Source: Schmidtea polychroa (Eukaryota). Taken from it: 64,000 nucleotides of DNA. Shown piece by piece: positions 32,100 through 41,800 of this stretch (position 1 is its first letter; each line of letters opens with the position of its first letter). The DNA lies in the NCBI GenBank assembly GCA_044892525.1, contig CM097885.1, positions 28,398,001 through 28,462,000 on the forward strand, in the 5' to 3' direction. Both the position numbers and the translations under genes were made by a program. Under the pieces are notes generated by a model. It saw only the letters and a list, made by a program, of their open reading frames with translations. It made no database searches and was not told the DNA's origin.

Positions 32100-33509
32100 A
32101 TGTCTCTAAATAAATATTGGAGATGTGAAAGTTGTAATTGTCAAGTTACAAGACATCATAAAGCAAATCATTTAAAAACTAAAAAACATGCAGGAGGTGA
32201 TCTAATTCCACGAGCTGGAGGCGATTTGCAATCTTCAAAAACAACATCTTCAATATTAAAACCTTTTACTACAGAAAAATATCCAGGTGAAAGACATTTA
32301 TTTAAACACAACTATACTGGACCAGGAACACGTCTAGATATTAGATTAGATGAAAATAATAATCCCAAACAAGGAGAAGAACCAATAAATAGAATTGATC
32401 AAGCAGCTTTAAAACATGACATTGCATACAATTCAACAAATCTTAGAGATAGACATGTTGCAGATGTGAATTTAATACATGATTTAAATAGTATCCAAAA
32501 TCCATCAACCCAAGAAAAGATTCAAAGAGCTCTAGTTAAATTAGCAATGAAAGGTAAGATTTTCATAGGCTTAGGACACAGTCCGATCACCATGGGTGCA
32601 AGACTTCCTAGGAAAGCAAAAGATGTTGCTTATAAAAAGATTATCGAACAAGCAGAGATTGAAAGATCCCTCGAGAGTACAGCCAAGACTAGTTTACAAA
32701 CCCCAACAGAATCAGAAATAAAATATGCAAAGGAATTACACCATGAATTTAGAAAAAATAAAAAATATTTAAAAGTTCAAGTACATGAAAAAGATCAAAC
32801 ATGGTCTGCAGATTTAGTCTTTATGCCTAAATCATCAGACCCTGAAAAATATAAAATAATTTTAACTGTAATAGATTTATATACAAGATTTGCTTTTGCA
32901 AGATGTTTAGAAAATAAAACAGGATATTCTATTACAGAAGCATTTGAAAATATATTTGAAGAAAATCAAAGAATCCCAAAATATTTATGGTGTGATAAAG
33001 GAACAGAATTTTATAACAAAGTTTTTACAAAGTTTTTAAATGAAAATGATATTAAATTATATTCAACAGAAAACGAAGGAAAAGCAGTCGTAGTTGAAAG
33101 ATTAAATAGAACATTAAAAAATAAAATGTGGAAATATTTTACTGATATTGGAAAACAAAAATGGAACAATGAATTGTTACAAAAGATTGTAAATGAATAT
33201 AATAATGATGTACATAGTTCTATAAAATTAACACCTTTAAATGCTTCCATGAAGCCTGAAACCATTAAAGTGGTAAATATTGAAAATGATGTTATTGAAA
33301 AACCAAAGTTTAAAATTGGTGACCGAGTAAGAATATTTAAATATAAAAATAAATTTGAAAAAGGATTCACAGCAAAATGGACAAATGAAATTTTTATTAT
33401 AAATAAAATAAATTATACAACTCCAATAACATATAGCATCTTTGATTTAAATAATGAAAAAATATTAGGTAGATTTTATAATAATGAACTACAGAAAACA
33501 GATTTTTAA
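32100..33509 (+). CDS. Retroviral-like (c-)integrase with N-terminal C2H2-like Zn finger and parvovirus-type phospholipase A2 domain
   Basis: CESC...HLKTKKH; HNYTGPG...PINRIDQAALKHDIAY; DDE core WSADL / LWCDKGTEF / VVERLNRTLK; C-terminal KFKIGDRVRI...FEKG...WTNEIF. Confidence 0.92.
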   Translation: MSLNKYWRCESCNCQVTRHHKANHLKTKKHAGGDLIPRAGGDLQSSKTTSSILKPFTTEKYPGERHLFKHNYTGPGTRLDIRLDENNNPKQGEEPINRIDQAALKHDIAYNSTNLRDRHVADVNLIHDLNSIQNPSTQEKIQRALVKLAMKGKIFIGLGHSPITMGARLPRKAKDVAYKKIIEQAEIERSLESTAKTSLQTPTESEIKYAKELHHEFRKNKKYLKVQVHEKDQTWSADLVFMPKSSDPEKYKIILTVIDLYTRFAFARCLENKTGYSITEAFENIFEENQRIPKYLWCDKGTEFYNKVFTKFLNENDIKLYSTENEGKAVVVERLNRTLKNKMWKYFTDIGKQKWNNELLQKIVNEYNNDVHSSIKLTPLNASMKPETIKVVNIENDVIEKPKFKIGDRVRIFKYKNKFEKGFTAKWTNEIFIINKINYTTPITYSIFDLNNEKILGRFYNNELQKTDF

Positions 33510-33520
33510 GTCGACAAGCC

Positions 33521-34312
33521 CTAAAACAAACTTTTCCATATTTCAGCTTCTTCTCTATCCAAATAAATATAATTATATTTTTCTTTCCAATGATTATCAA
33601 CAAACATATCAAACATATTCTTATCAGGTTCAACATTTGAAAATAAATCATTATAAATCATATTCTTATCACGGCGATCTAATTTAAAAAATATAAAACA
33701 ATTGGAATTATTTCTTATTGAATTTTTATCTAAAGCATAATATGTTTGAGATATATAAATAACATTACAATTATTATGTCGACCTCGTGTAAAGTAACTC
33801 TTTTGAATCTCTTGATTTTTCATATTAACAACATCATCAAATATAACTAGATTCTTTTTATCTTTAGGAAGTAAATCACAATGTAAAACATCTTCAGGTT
33901 TATTAGAGAATAAAACTTGAATTGCCTCCTGCCCTTCTTCACAAATATAATCATTTTTATTACTAATATCTGATTCTAAAATCTTTTCCTTATACCAATC
34001 AACCATATCACAAGGTTGAAAAACTTCTTCAGGACACCTATGTTGATTTTTAAAAATATCAATTATTGCTTTTTTAGTTAATTTATTTTCAAATCCACAT
34101 TTCAAAAGTTGTAATTCTGGTTGATTTATGGTTGTAGAATAAAAGATTAAATTATTATAATCTAAAAAATCATCTTCAAGTAACATTCTCAAAACAAGTA
34201 CATTCTTTCCACATCCAGAAGAACCAACAATTAATAATCTAAAATTATCAGGAAATAACTTATTATTAAATTTACTTTTGTGTCGAGTTAAAATTGGTTT
34301 CCAAATATCCAT
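33521..34312 (-). CDS. A32/FtsK-like genome packaging ATPase
   Basis: Walker A GSSGCGKN, Walker B LVIFDD, FTRGRHNN..YISQ, IRNNS. ATG at 34312 (MDIWKP) preferred over the longer non-ATG start. Confidence 0.92.
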   Translation of the reverse strand: MDIWKPILTRHKSKFNNKLFPDNFRLLIVGSSGCGKNVLVLRMLLEDDFLDYNNLIFYSTTINQPELQLLKCGFENKLTKKAIIDIFKNQHRCPEEVFQPCDMVDWYKEKILESDISNKNDYICEEGQEAIQVLFSNKPEDVLHCDLLPKDKKNLVIFDDVVNMKNQEIQKSYFTRGRHNNCNVIYISQTYYALDKNSIRNNSNCFIFFKLDRRDKNMIYNDLFSNVEPDKNMFDMFVDNHWKEKYNYIYLDREEAEIWKSLF

Positions 34313-34327
34313 TTTGTTTATTATAAA

Positions 34328-34905
34328 ATGACAACTGAAGAATCTTTGCAAGAATTAATAAATTCAAATAAAAATAAATCAGTAGTAATTGATGGTAAAA
34401 AATATTTTATTGGAAAACATGTAAAAGAACAAGTTAGAGCGAAGCTCCACGAAGCTAAAGAAGGTGGCATTCTTCCATTAGCTGCTTTAATACCTGCAAT
34501 CATTGCTGGTTTATCAGGTGCTGCTGGAATAGCTGGAGGAATTGCAACTACAGTTCAAAAAGCTAAAGAATCTCAAAAGACAGACCTAGAAAAAGAAAAC
34601 TACAAACTGAAATCGATTCAATGAAGAAGGTAGGGCAAGCTAAAGGGGGAGTGTCCGTTGGAAAGGGTCTCTATCTTAATCCATATGAGGGGAGTCGGCA
34701 AAAGTCTCAGGGCAAAGGTCTCTATCTTGATCCTTATAAAGGTAGAGGTTTAAATGATTTTTTAAAAAATCAAATTTCTACATCTGAATCTTTATCTTCA
34801 AAAGATAAAGAAGATTTAAAAAAAATATGTAAATCTTTAAAGAATGGATGCCTTTGTAAAACTAAAAATGGTAAAGGATTATACTTGAAGCCCTTCGAAC
34901 TATGA
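34328..34905 (+). CDS. Adenovirus pX-like core protein precursor, split by a -1 frameshift at the A-run 34596-34599
   Basis: EGGILPLAALIPAIIAGLSGAAGIAGGIA hydrophobic segment and three GKGLYLxP(Y/F) repeats. Adding one A fuses both ORFs (DLEKEKLQTEIDSMKK). Confidence 0.7.
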
Positions 34906-34927
34906 TACCATTTTTGATACCATTAAA

Positions 34928-35809
34928 ATGGTATATGAAGAAAGATTAGCACTTTTAAAAAAATTACAATCTGAACAAGATAAATATAATAAAAAAGATA
35001 CAACTCAACATGCTGAATCTATAATATTAAATGAGGTAATAACACAACAACAGGGGCCAACAATTAAAGCTATAAAAGAGTTGGAAGATTTCAATGAGCA
35101 AGCAAAATTTAAAGAGTTAGAAGATAAAAAACAAAAAATAAAAGAACTAGAGTGGCAGGATAAAGAAAAAGAATCCAGTGAAAACCATCCTGAAAGAAAT
35201 CAAAGAAAACGCAGAAGAATTTCTAATGTGGAAGAAGAAGAAATGTTTTTAAAAACAAAAGCTCTTAAAGTTGATCCTAAAATTAGAGATGATTTACCTC
35301 CTTCAATTAGACCCACATTTAATACTAATACTGAAGGATATCAAATAATAACAATTAATAAACAAAACTTTACTTTATATTCAAATTCAGAAAATAAATC
35401 ACGTATTCATTCACAAAATGTTTATAATAATGAATATTTAGACTTTGAATTTACAGATGATTTTTATAGATTACTTTGTGGATATTCTTCAGATGATGTT
35501 GAAGAAATTAAAAAATATTTAAATTTAATAAGATTAATAAGAGCTAGTTCTAAAGCAAAATATATTCAAGATTTAAAGAATTATTTAAATAAAAATGAAA
35601 AGGGTTATGTTGTTACAGAGGGAGAGGGATTAATTAGTGAAGGTGGTAAACCAAATCCCATCAATCTTTTTATTGAATTAAGAAAACTATTAGCTGCAAG
35701 GAAAGCAGGACATAATAATTTAGATTCTGATATTTTAAAGATTTCTAAAGATTTGTTAAAACAAGGAATAATTTCAAAAGATAAATTTAATAAGTATACG
35801 AAGTTATAA
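34928..35809 (+). CDS. Conserved Polinton hypothetical (probable virion) protein
   Basis: 293-aa intact ORF; coiled coil, NLS-like RKRRR, C-terminal GEGL...NPINLFIELRKLLAARKAGHNN motif resembling other Maverick accessory proteins. Confidence 0.7.
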   Translation: MVYEERLALLKKLQSEQDKYNKKDTTQHAESIILNEVITQQQGPTIKAIKELEDFNEQAKFKELEDKKQKIKELEWQDKEKESSENHPERNQRKRRRISNVEEEEMFLKTKALKVDPKIRDDLPPSIRPTFNTNTEGYQIITINKQNFTLYSNSENKSRIHSQNVYNNEYLDFEFTDDFYRLLCGYSSDDVEEIKKYLNLIRLIRASSKAKYIQDLKNYLNKNEKGYVVTEGEGLISEGGKPNPINLFIELRKLLAARKAGHNNLDSDILKISKDLLKQGIISKDKFNKYTKL

Positions 35810-35831
35810 ATACGAAGTTTTAAAATACAAA

Positions 35832-36296
35832 ATGACTCCTTCAATATTAGATTTTTTAAAAACATTTGGAATAAATGCAAAAACAAATTTTGATTTAAAA
35901 GATTATGCAAATTATTTAAATTTAAAAATTAAAATATTAATGAATGATGAATTATCAAGTCTGGAGAGTCCCCTGAATATAATAATCAATTATCAAAATT
36001 CAAATGAAAAAGGATCTCATTGGGTTTGTATATATAAGAAATCTATCTACTTTGATTCTTTTGGGATTAAACCTACTAAAGAAGTTGAAGATTATCTCTT
36101 GAGGGGTTCTCCGATTGATTCCCCAAATGGTTATACTTTTAACTCTTTACAAGTTCAACCTTTGAATACTAAAATATGTGGTATTTTAAGTTTATATGTT
36201 TTGTATAGATTGAATAAGGGAGAGGGAAAGGGGCATACGCAGGATTTTGAATCTATAATTCAAGAAATTTATAATGATCTAGAATCTCTACTATAA
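35832..36296 (+). CDS. Adenain-like cysteine (maturation) protease
   Basis: GSHWVC, YFDSFG, QVQ....ICG (catalytic His/Asp/Gln/Cys). Confidence 0.9.
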   Translation: MTPSILDFLKTFGINAKTNFDLKDYANYLNLKIKILMNDELSSLESPLNIIINYQNSNEKGSHWVCIYKKSIYFDSFGIKPTKEVEDYLLRGSPIDSPNGYTFNSLQVQPLNTKICGILSLYVLYRLNKGEGKGHTQDFESIIQEIYNDLESLL

Positions 36297-36344
36297 GGAT
36301 TTTTACTATAAGGATTTTTACTATATGAATTTACTACTAAAGAA

Positions 36345-37109
36345 ATGGAGCTTCACAACCCTCCGGAAGATAATTTAAAAAAAATGGTAAACATAATGTC
36401 AGATAAATATTCAAGAACTTTATCTATAAATTCAAAAGAATCAGAGTTTACTATAAACTTTCAAGATTCAATTAAATTAGATCAAAATTTAAATTATGAA
36501 TTGGGGCTATTATGGTTTTGTGCTTATAATACTATTTTTAATATAACTAAAGATAATAATAAATTTACTATTCAAACTCGTGATGGGCATAAACCAGAAA
36601 TTATAACAATAGAACCTGGGGCATATGAGATAAAAGATTTAAATGATATACTTTCTAAAAAAACAAATGAAGGTATTAAAATTAAAATGGATATACCAAC
36701 TTCAAAATGTGTAATGACTTTGAAGAATATAAAAATTAGTTTTTTAGATAATTGTTTCTTTCACACAGTTTTAGGATTTAAACCTATGGATATAACAATA
36801 AAAGAAGATAAAATAATAACATCAGAAAATATTATAAAAATAATAAATACAAACACAATAAATATTCATTGCGATTGTATAACAGGTTCTTATAATAATG
36901 GTAAACAAACAAATGTTTTATATTTCTTTCCCTCAAACACAGTTCCTATGGGATATAAAATAGTTGAAAGAATGAATCCTCCAAATTATTTACCTTTATG
37001 TAGAAAATATATAATGGATATTAATTTTAAAATTCTTAATCAAGAAGGAGAATTGATTGATTTTAATGGAGAAGAGATTTCAATGTATTTACATTTGAAA
37101 CAGGTTTGA
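36345..37109 (+). CDS. Minor capsid protein (penton-like single jelly roll)
   Basis: IEPGAYEIKDLN, NIHCDCITGSYNNG, PMGYKIVE...YLPL, NQEGELIDFNGE motifs of Polinton minor capsid proteins. Confidence 0.85.
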   Translation: MELHNPPEDNLKKMVNIMSDKYSRTLSINSKESEFTINFQDSIKLDQNLNYELGLLWFCAYNTIFNITKDNNKFTIQTRDGHKPEIITIEPGAYEIKDLNDILSKKTNEGIKIKMDIPTSKCVMTLKNIKISFLDNCFFHTVLGFKPMDITIKEDKIITSENIIKIINTNTINIHCDCITGSYNNGKQTNVLYFFPSNTVPMGYKIVERMNPPNYLPLCRKYIMDINFKILNQEGELIDFNGEEISMYLHLKQV

Positions 37110-37133
37110 AGATTCATTTTAAATTATTAATTA

Positions 37134-38144
37134 ATGAGTTCTTATATTCCATGTAATAGAGGTGGTGGAACAATAAAAACAGGGTTTAATACAGAAGAAA
37201 TATTAACTTTAACAGAAAATAAATATATTAATGAAAGAGGTGATTCAATGAAGGGTGATTTAATTTTAAATGGACACAAGATAAAAGAATTATCTTTTCC
37301 AACTGATGAAGCTGATGCAGTTAATAAGAAATATGTAGATGGTGTTAAAAAATATACTGATTTAACAACAACAAGAATTGAAAGTTCATTAACAACAAAA
37401 ATTGATTCAATGGAATCAAAGCTTAATAATATCGAACAACGATTTAATGATAAATTTGACAAGTTACAAAGTCTGTTAACTGAACAAGTTGTAAAGTTAA
37501 ATACTGCTATATTAAATTCTAAAGATAAACAAATTATGAATACTAAATTTAATACAATATATAAAATAATAAATGAGATGATTACATCATTTAATAAAAG
37601 AATTTCAAATTTAGAGTCTCATGGAACACACATTAACACCACACGTAGTATTAGAAAAAGAGCTGCTGAATTAGAACAGAATAAAACATTATTACCCCAT
37701 ACATATAAACATTTTATAGAACCAAGTTTAATAACAACAAACAGTAAAGAATGGGGTGTTTTTATGGTTGTAAAAATTATTGATCCTTATTTCTTTTTGT
37801 TTGATGATGATAATGAAAGAATGAAATGGTTTGTGAAATGTGATTATAATAGTAAGCTTGAAAAGGGTGATGTTATAATGACTAGTTATGATTTACCACA
37901 CGGAGATTGGTATGTTAATACTCATTCACATGGACTACATAAAGTTAAAAGTAAGAATATTCATTTTTCTAGTTCACTTGTACAATATATAGATTTAATA
38001 TTTTATGAAAAAAAGGTTGATGTTGATGAAGTTCGTAAAGCATTGAGAGAATTGTATAAAGATATCCTCTCAACAAGAGTTTCTTTTGATATCCGAGTAT
38101 TGGTGCCAGATGGTGCTCAGAAGAATAAAGTCTTATTTTTTTAA
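37134..38144 (+). CDS. Putative fiber/spike protein
   Basis: GDSMKGDLILNGHKIKELSFPTDEADAVNKKYVD (tail-fiber / trimeric adhesin neck-like motif), long coiled coil, RSIRKR, then a globular C-terminal domain; directly follows the penton gene. Confidence 0.6.
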   Translation: MSSYIPCNRGGGTIKTGFNTEEILTLTENKYINERGDSMKGDLILNGHKIKELSFPTDEADAVNKKYVDGVKKYTDLTTTRIESSLTTKIDSMESKLNNIEQRFNDKFDKLQSLLTEQVVKLNTAILNSKDKQIMNTKFNTIYKIINEMITSFNKRISNLESHGTHINTTRSIRKRAAELEQNKTLLPHTYKHFIEPSLITTNSKEWGVFMVVKIIDPYFFLFDDDNERMKWFVKCDYNSKLEKGDVIMTSYDLPHGDWYVNTHSHGLHKVKSKNIHFSSSLVQYIDLIFYEKKVDVDEVRKALRELYKDILSTRVSFDIRVLVPDGAQKNKVLFF

Positions 38145-38152
38145 TTATTAAA

Positions 38153-38746
38153 ATGGAAGAAGTAAGAGAAGAAAAAATTTACCCAGAATTGAGATCATCA
38201 GGATATTATTCTTCCAAGGTCTCGGCTCCCACAGAACTTGAAATTATGAGAGTAAAAGAATTTAAATCAGAAACCTTACATTTACAAGATTTTTTAAAGC
38301 ATTATAAAAAAATTAAAAATAGATGGAATAAAGGGAATACAGTTTTAAAAGTTATAGGTTATTCTTTAGGATTTGCATCTGCAATATTAACAGTTATTTT
38401 ACCCATAACTTTACCAGTTGTTACTCTTGCACCTATAATACTTGGAAGTATTTCTGTGGCTGATGGTTTCTTAACTGAAATAGTTTCATTATCTTATACT
38501 TCTAAAAAGAAAAGTTTATATAGAGAAGTTTGTTTATCAATAGAATTAGGAATCTCTAAATTATTTTTATTTCAATTAAAAGCTTTAGAAGATGGAATCT
38601 TAACTGATGATGAAATAATGAAATCAAATCAAATAATTCAAGATATTAAAAATGAAGTTATAAAATTAAAAAGTGCAAATATTATAACTAATGAATATTC
38701 TAAAAAAATTAAACGAGACAAGTGGTTAAAGAATTCTTACTTATAA
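38153..38746 (+). CDS. Polinton membrane protein (hydrophobic hairpin)
   Basis: KIYPEL start motif, hydrophobic stretch VIGYSLGFASAILTVILPITLPVVTLAPIILGSISV, KALEDGILTDDE motif; 3' end may be frameshifted. Confidence 0.7.
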   Translation: MEEVREEKIYPELRSSGYYSSKVSAPTELEIMRVKEFKSETLHLQDFLKHYKKIKNRWNKGNTVLKVIGYSLGFASAILTVILPITLPVVTLAPIILGSISVADGFLTEIVSLSYTSKKKSLYREVCLSIELGISKLFLFQLKALEDGILTDDEIMKSNQIIQDIKNEVIKLKSANIITNEYSKKIKRDKWLKNSYL

Positions 38747-38832
38747 AATGGATGAATTTTTAAAAAAGTAGATCAAGTTGCTATAGTTGCTTAAATTAAT
38801 TGTCGACATTTTATTATTAAATATCGTTGGTT

Positions 38833-41800
38833 TCAGTTATGGTTGAAAGCCAACCTATGAATCATTAATTTATGATCTTTAAATTCTTTATCACTTAGAC
38901 CTTTTATATATTCAGAATCAGTATTAAAATATTTAAGTTCTAAACATATAGGATTAAAAACTTGAGAACATAAAGGTTTCTCGATTTCTCTCTCGGGATA
39001 AATAATTTCAACATTATAAATATCAAGATCAGTAATCTTTGTATCATATAACTTATTCAACTTTTCTAGATTTTTTATTATAGGGATTAAATTATTTCCA
39101 ATAGGTAGAGTTGTCTTTAAATCACTTAGTATGAATCTCTTATCATCATAATTTGATAATGATACTTTTTGAGATTCTATCAAGTGAATATCATGGTTTT
39201 CACTTTTAAGTTGATGTATTTCATCAATTTTATCTTTATGATTTGGATTCAATGTATCTATATAATCTTGATGAGAAAGATTCTTTGCAACCACTCTCTG
39301 TATTCCTTTACATCTCTTATCCTTTACAGGTTTTTCTTCTTGTCCCTCTGGTCCTTTAGGAAATATAGGATATCTATGTGTAATGGTTTCTTCTGTTTCT
39401 GGAGTTTTAAATATAAATGATCTAGTTATAAATTCAGGGTTTCTAAATGTTTCGTATGAATATTGTTTAGCACGAATAAATATTCCATTTTCTATAGGAG
39501 TAAAAGGTTTTTCATCTTTAAACGAAAATAGTTCTCCAGATGAATTTATTAAATTTGAAAGTATAGGATTTTCTTTCATATCTTTTTGTAAATCATGAGT
39601 TCTTATTGTTAAAAACATTGAATCTGTATCCATTGCATGCATTGATATATTTGCTCCGTATATAGGTTGTAAGATGTTATAATATGTTTCATACATTTGT
39701 AATTTTGAAAGTTCTAAAATTGTAAACCCTATAAATATTGGTTTGTTATATGTTTTCTCATAATTTTTTAATTCTACTGCAGTAAGATTTTCAGAAAATA
39801 CTTGTGCGTTTTTAAATGTAGGCTTTCCTAGCATGCGATTATAACGCTTAATATCTTTGGTAGTATTTGTTAGGAGTTCAATATGAGTATATTTATCAAC
39901 ATTCTCCATTGTTTTCCCAAATACTGAATTGTTTAAAAGTTTATAATTATTATCTTTAAAAAGGTTACCTTCTCTTTTTGCAATGTTTCGACACCTAATG
40001 TTCTCCTCGATGAAAGCTTTCATGAATGGAGCTTGTTTAAATCTTATGACACTATGAACTTTTTTTAATATCATTCCTCGTGAGAGATAAAATTGGAGGA
40101 GTCTATAGTGACAAAGATAAAACCTTCGATCTGTTTGATCACAAAGAAGTTTCATTGTTGGAGGTTTATCTTGTGAGATTTGCCATTCAGAAAGTTCGTT
40201 GATATCAATCTTTCTTCTTATGGGAGCTAAAGGAAAATATCTTGTTCCTGATTTTATATCATCTGGATAGTCGAGGTCACATTCTATAAAGTAACCTATT
40301 GGAGAATCTTTCGATGTTGAAAGTATTTCTTTCATAAGGTCATCTGTTGGGTTCTCTATTTCAGTGAAATCACTCATTGGTAAATATTGAGTCATAATTC
40401 CTGAATATAAAGCTGTTGCATCTATATAAAGTATAAATATAGGATTTTTCATTGTTTCTAATAATTCTTTTAATTCCTCATTGTTAATTTTCATATATGG
40501 ATCATCAGGGTGTTTAGATAGTCTTCGGCTAGTAGTTATTGCATTTCTAGCTTTTATTTCTCTATTCCCCATTACTGAAGAGACTCCTCTAATGTTTGTT
40601 TTAATTTGGTTAAACATATCGAGGTTAGTTAAAAGATCTATAATTTTATCAGCATCTTCTATATTTGAAGTGCAAATGGTATATAACATAGTATCCCAAG
40701 CTAAAGAGGGTGCAGTTATATAATTATAAGGTTTAAGAACAAAAGAGTTTGTAAATTCTTCAAAGCAATCTGCTAGAATATAAACATCTAAGGATAAATG
40801 CATGTTGGTATATTCTCCTAAAGTTTTACACTTGAATAATTCCCACATTTTAATGCTCGAGAATATTCTTGATCTGTAATCCCTGATTGTAGTAAGTTTG
40901 AAAAGAAATCTTCTTTGTTAGGAAGACTTGTTTCATTATATCTTTCAAACGAGTCAACATAGTCATAAGGATATATTCCTTTTGCTAAGCATGTAGGATA
41001 TTCTTCTGGAGGAATATTATTTTTTTCCAAGAATTCTCGAGTGATTTTAAAATTTTCTGGTTTCATTGTTTTTGCTACTGCATCTAGAGACATTTGGAGA
41101 AAGTTTAACGAGTCTATAAATTTTAATTTTCCATATTCAACTGATTTATATTTTTCCTTTGTTAAGCCGATAACTTTGAAAGAGTTTTTAGCATTTGCTG
41201 CTAAATGTTTAATAAATAGATGTATGTCATATCCAAAAAGATTATGAAATATAACAGGTATAAATTTAGGAGTATGGCAATTAAGATTGCAATTTTTATG
41301 AGCTGCTCCTCGATAATTATTTTCCTTTTTTAAATGATCATGATCTATAACTTTTTCATCAGGAAGAATATTCTGTTTACACATCCAACAGTTGGAAGTA
41401 TTTTCATATTCTTGTTGTTGTTGATTAGAAATATTTTGAGGATACTTTGTTTTTAATATTTTAAATATTTCATGTTCTAGATCATTTATATTTTTAGTAA
41501 AATGATTCAAGACTTCTTCAGGGGTACCTCCTAGAATTGAATATTCTCTAGATTCTATGAGTTCAGGATAATTACTTTTAAATAATAATTTATAAGCAGA
41601 TGGTAATTGTTTAGTTTTTTTAACACTATTAAATTTATTTCTTTTTCTTAGAAAGGCTTTCATCCTCTCTGGTTTCATCTTCTCTCCTGAGGAGTTCCAT
41701 AAATCCATGAGTTTATTTTTTTCTATTATTTTTAAATATTGATAAACCAAATCTTGTTTATGGTTTATAGATTCAAAGTCACCATAAAGAACTCCAACTG

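Noticed and set aside
34590..40855. Programmed -1 ribosomal frameshifts in the pX-like gene and pPolB
   Set aside because: No canonical X XXY YYZ slippery heptamer in frame; single-base deletion or sequencing error is simpler.
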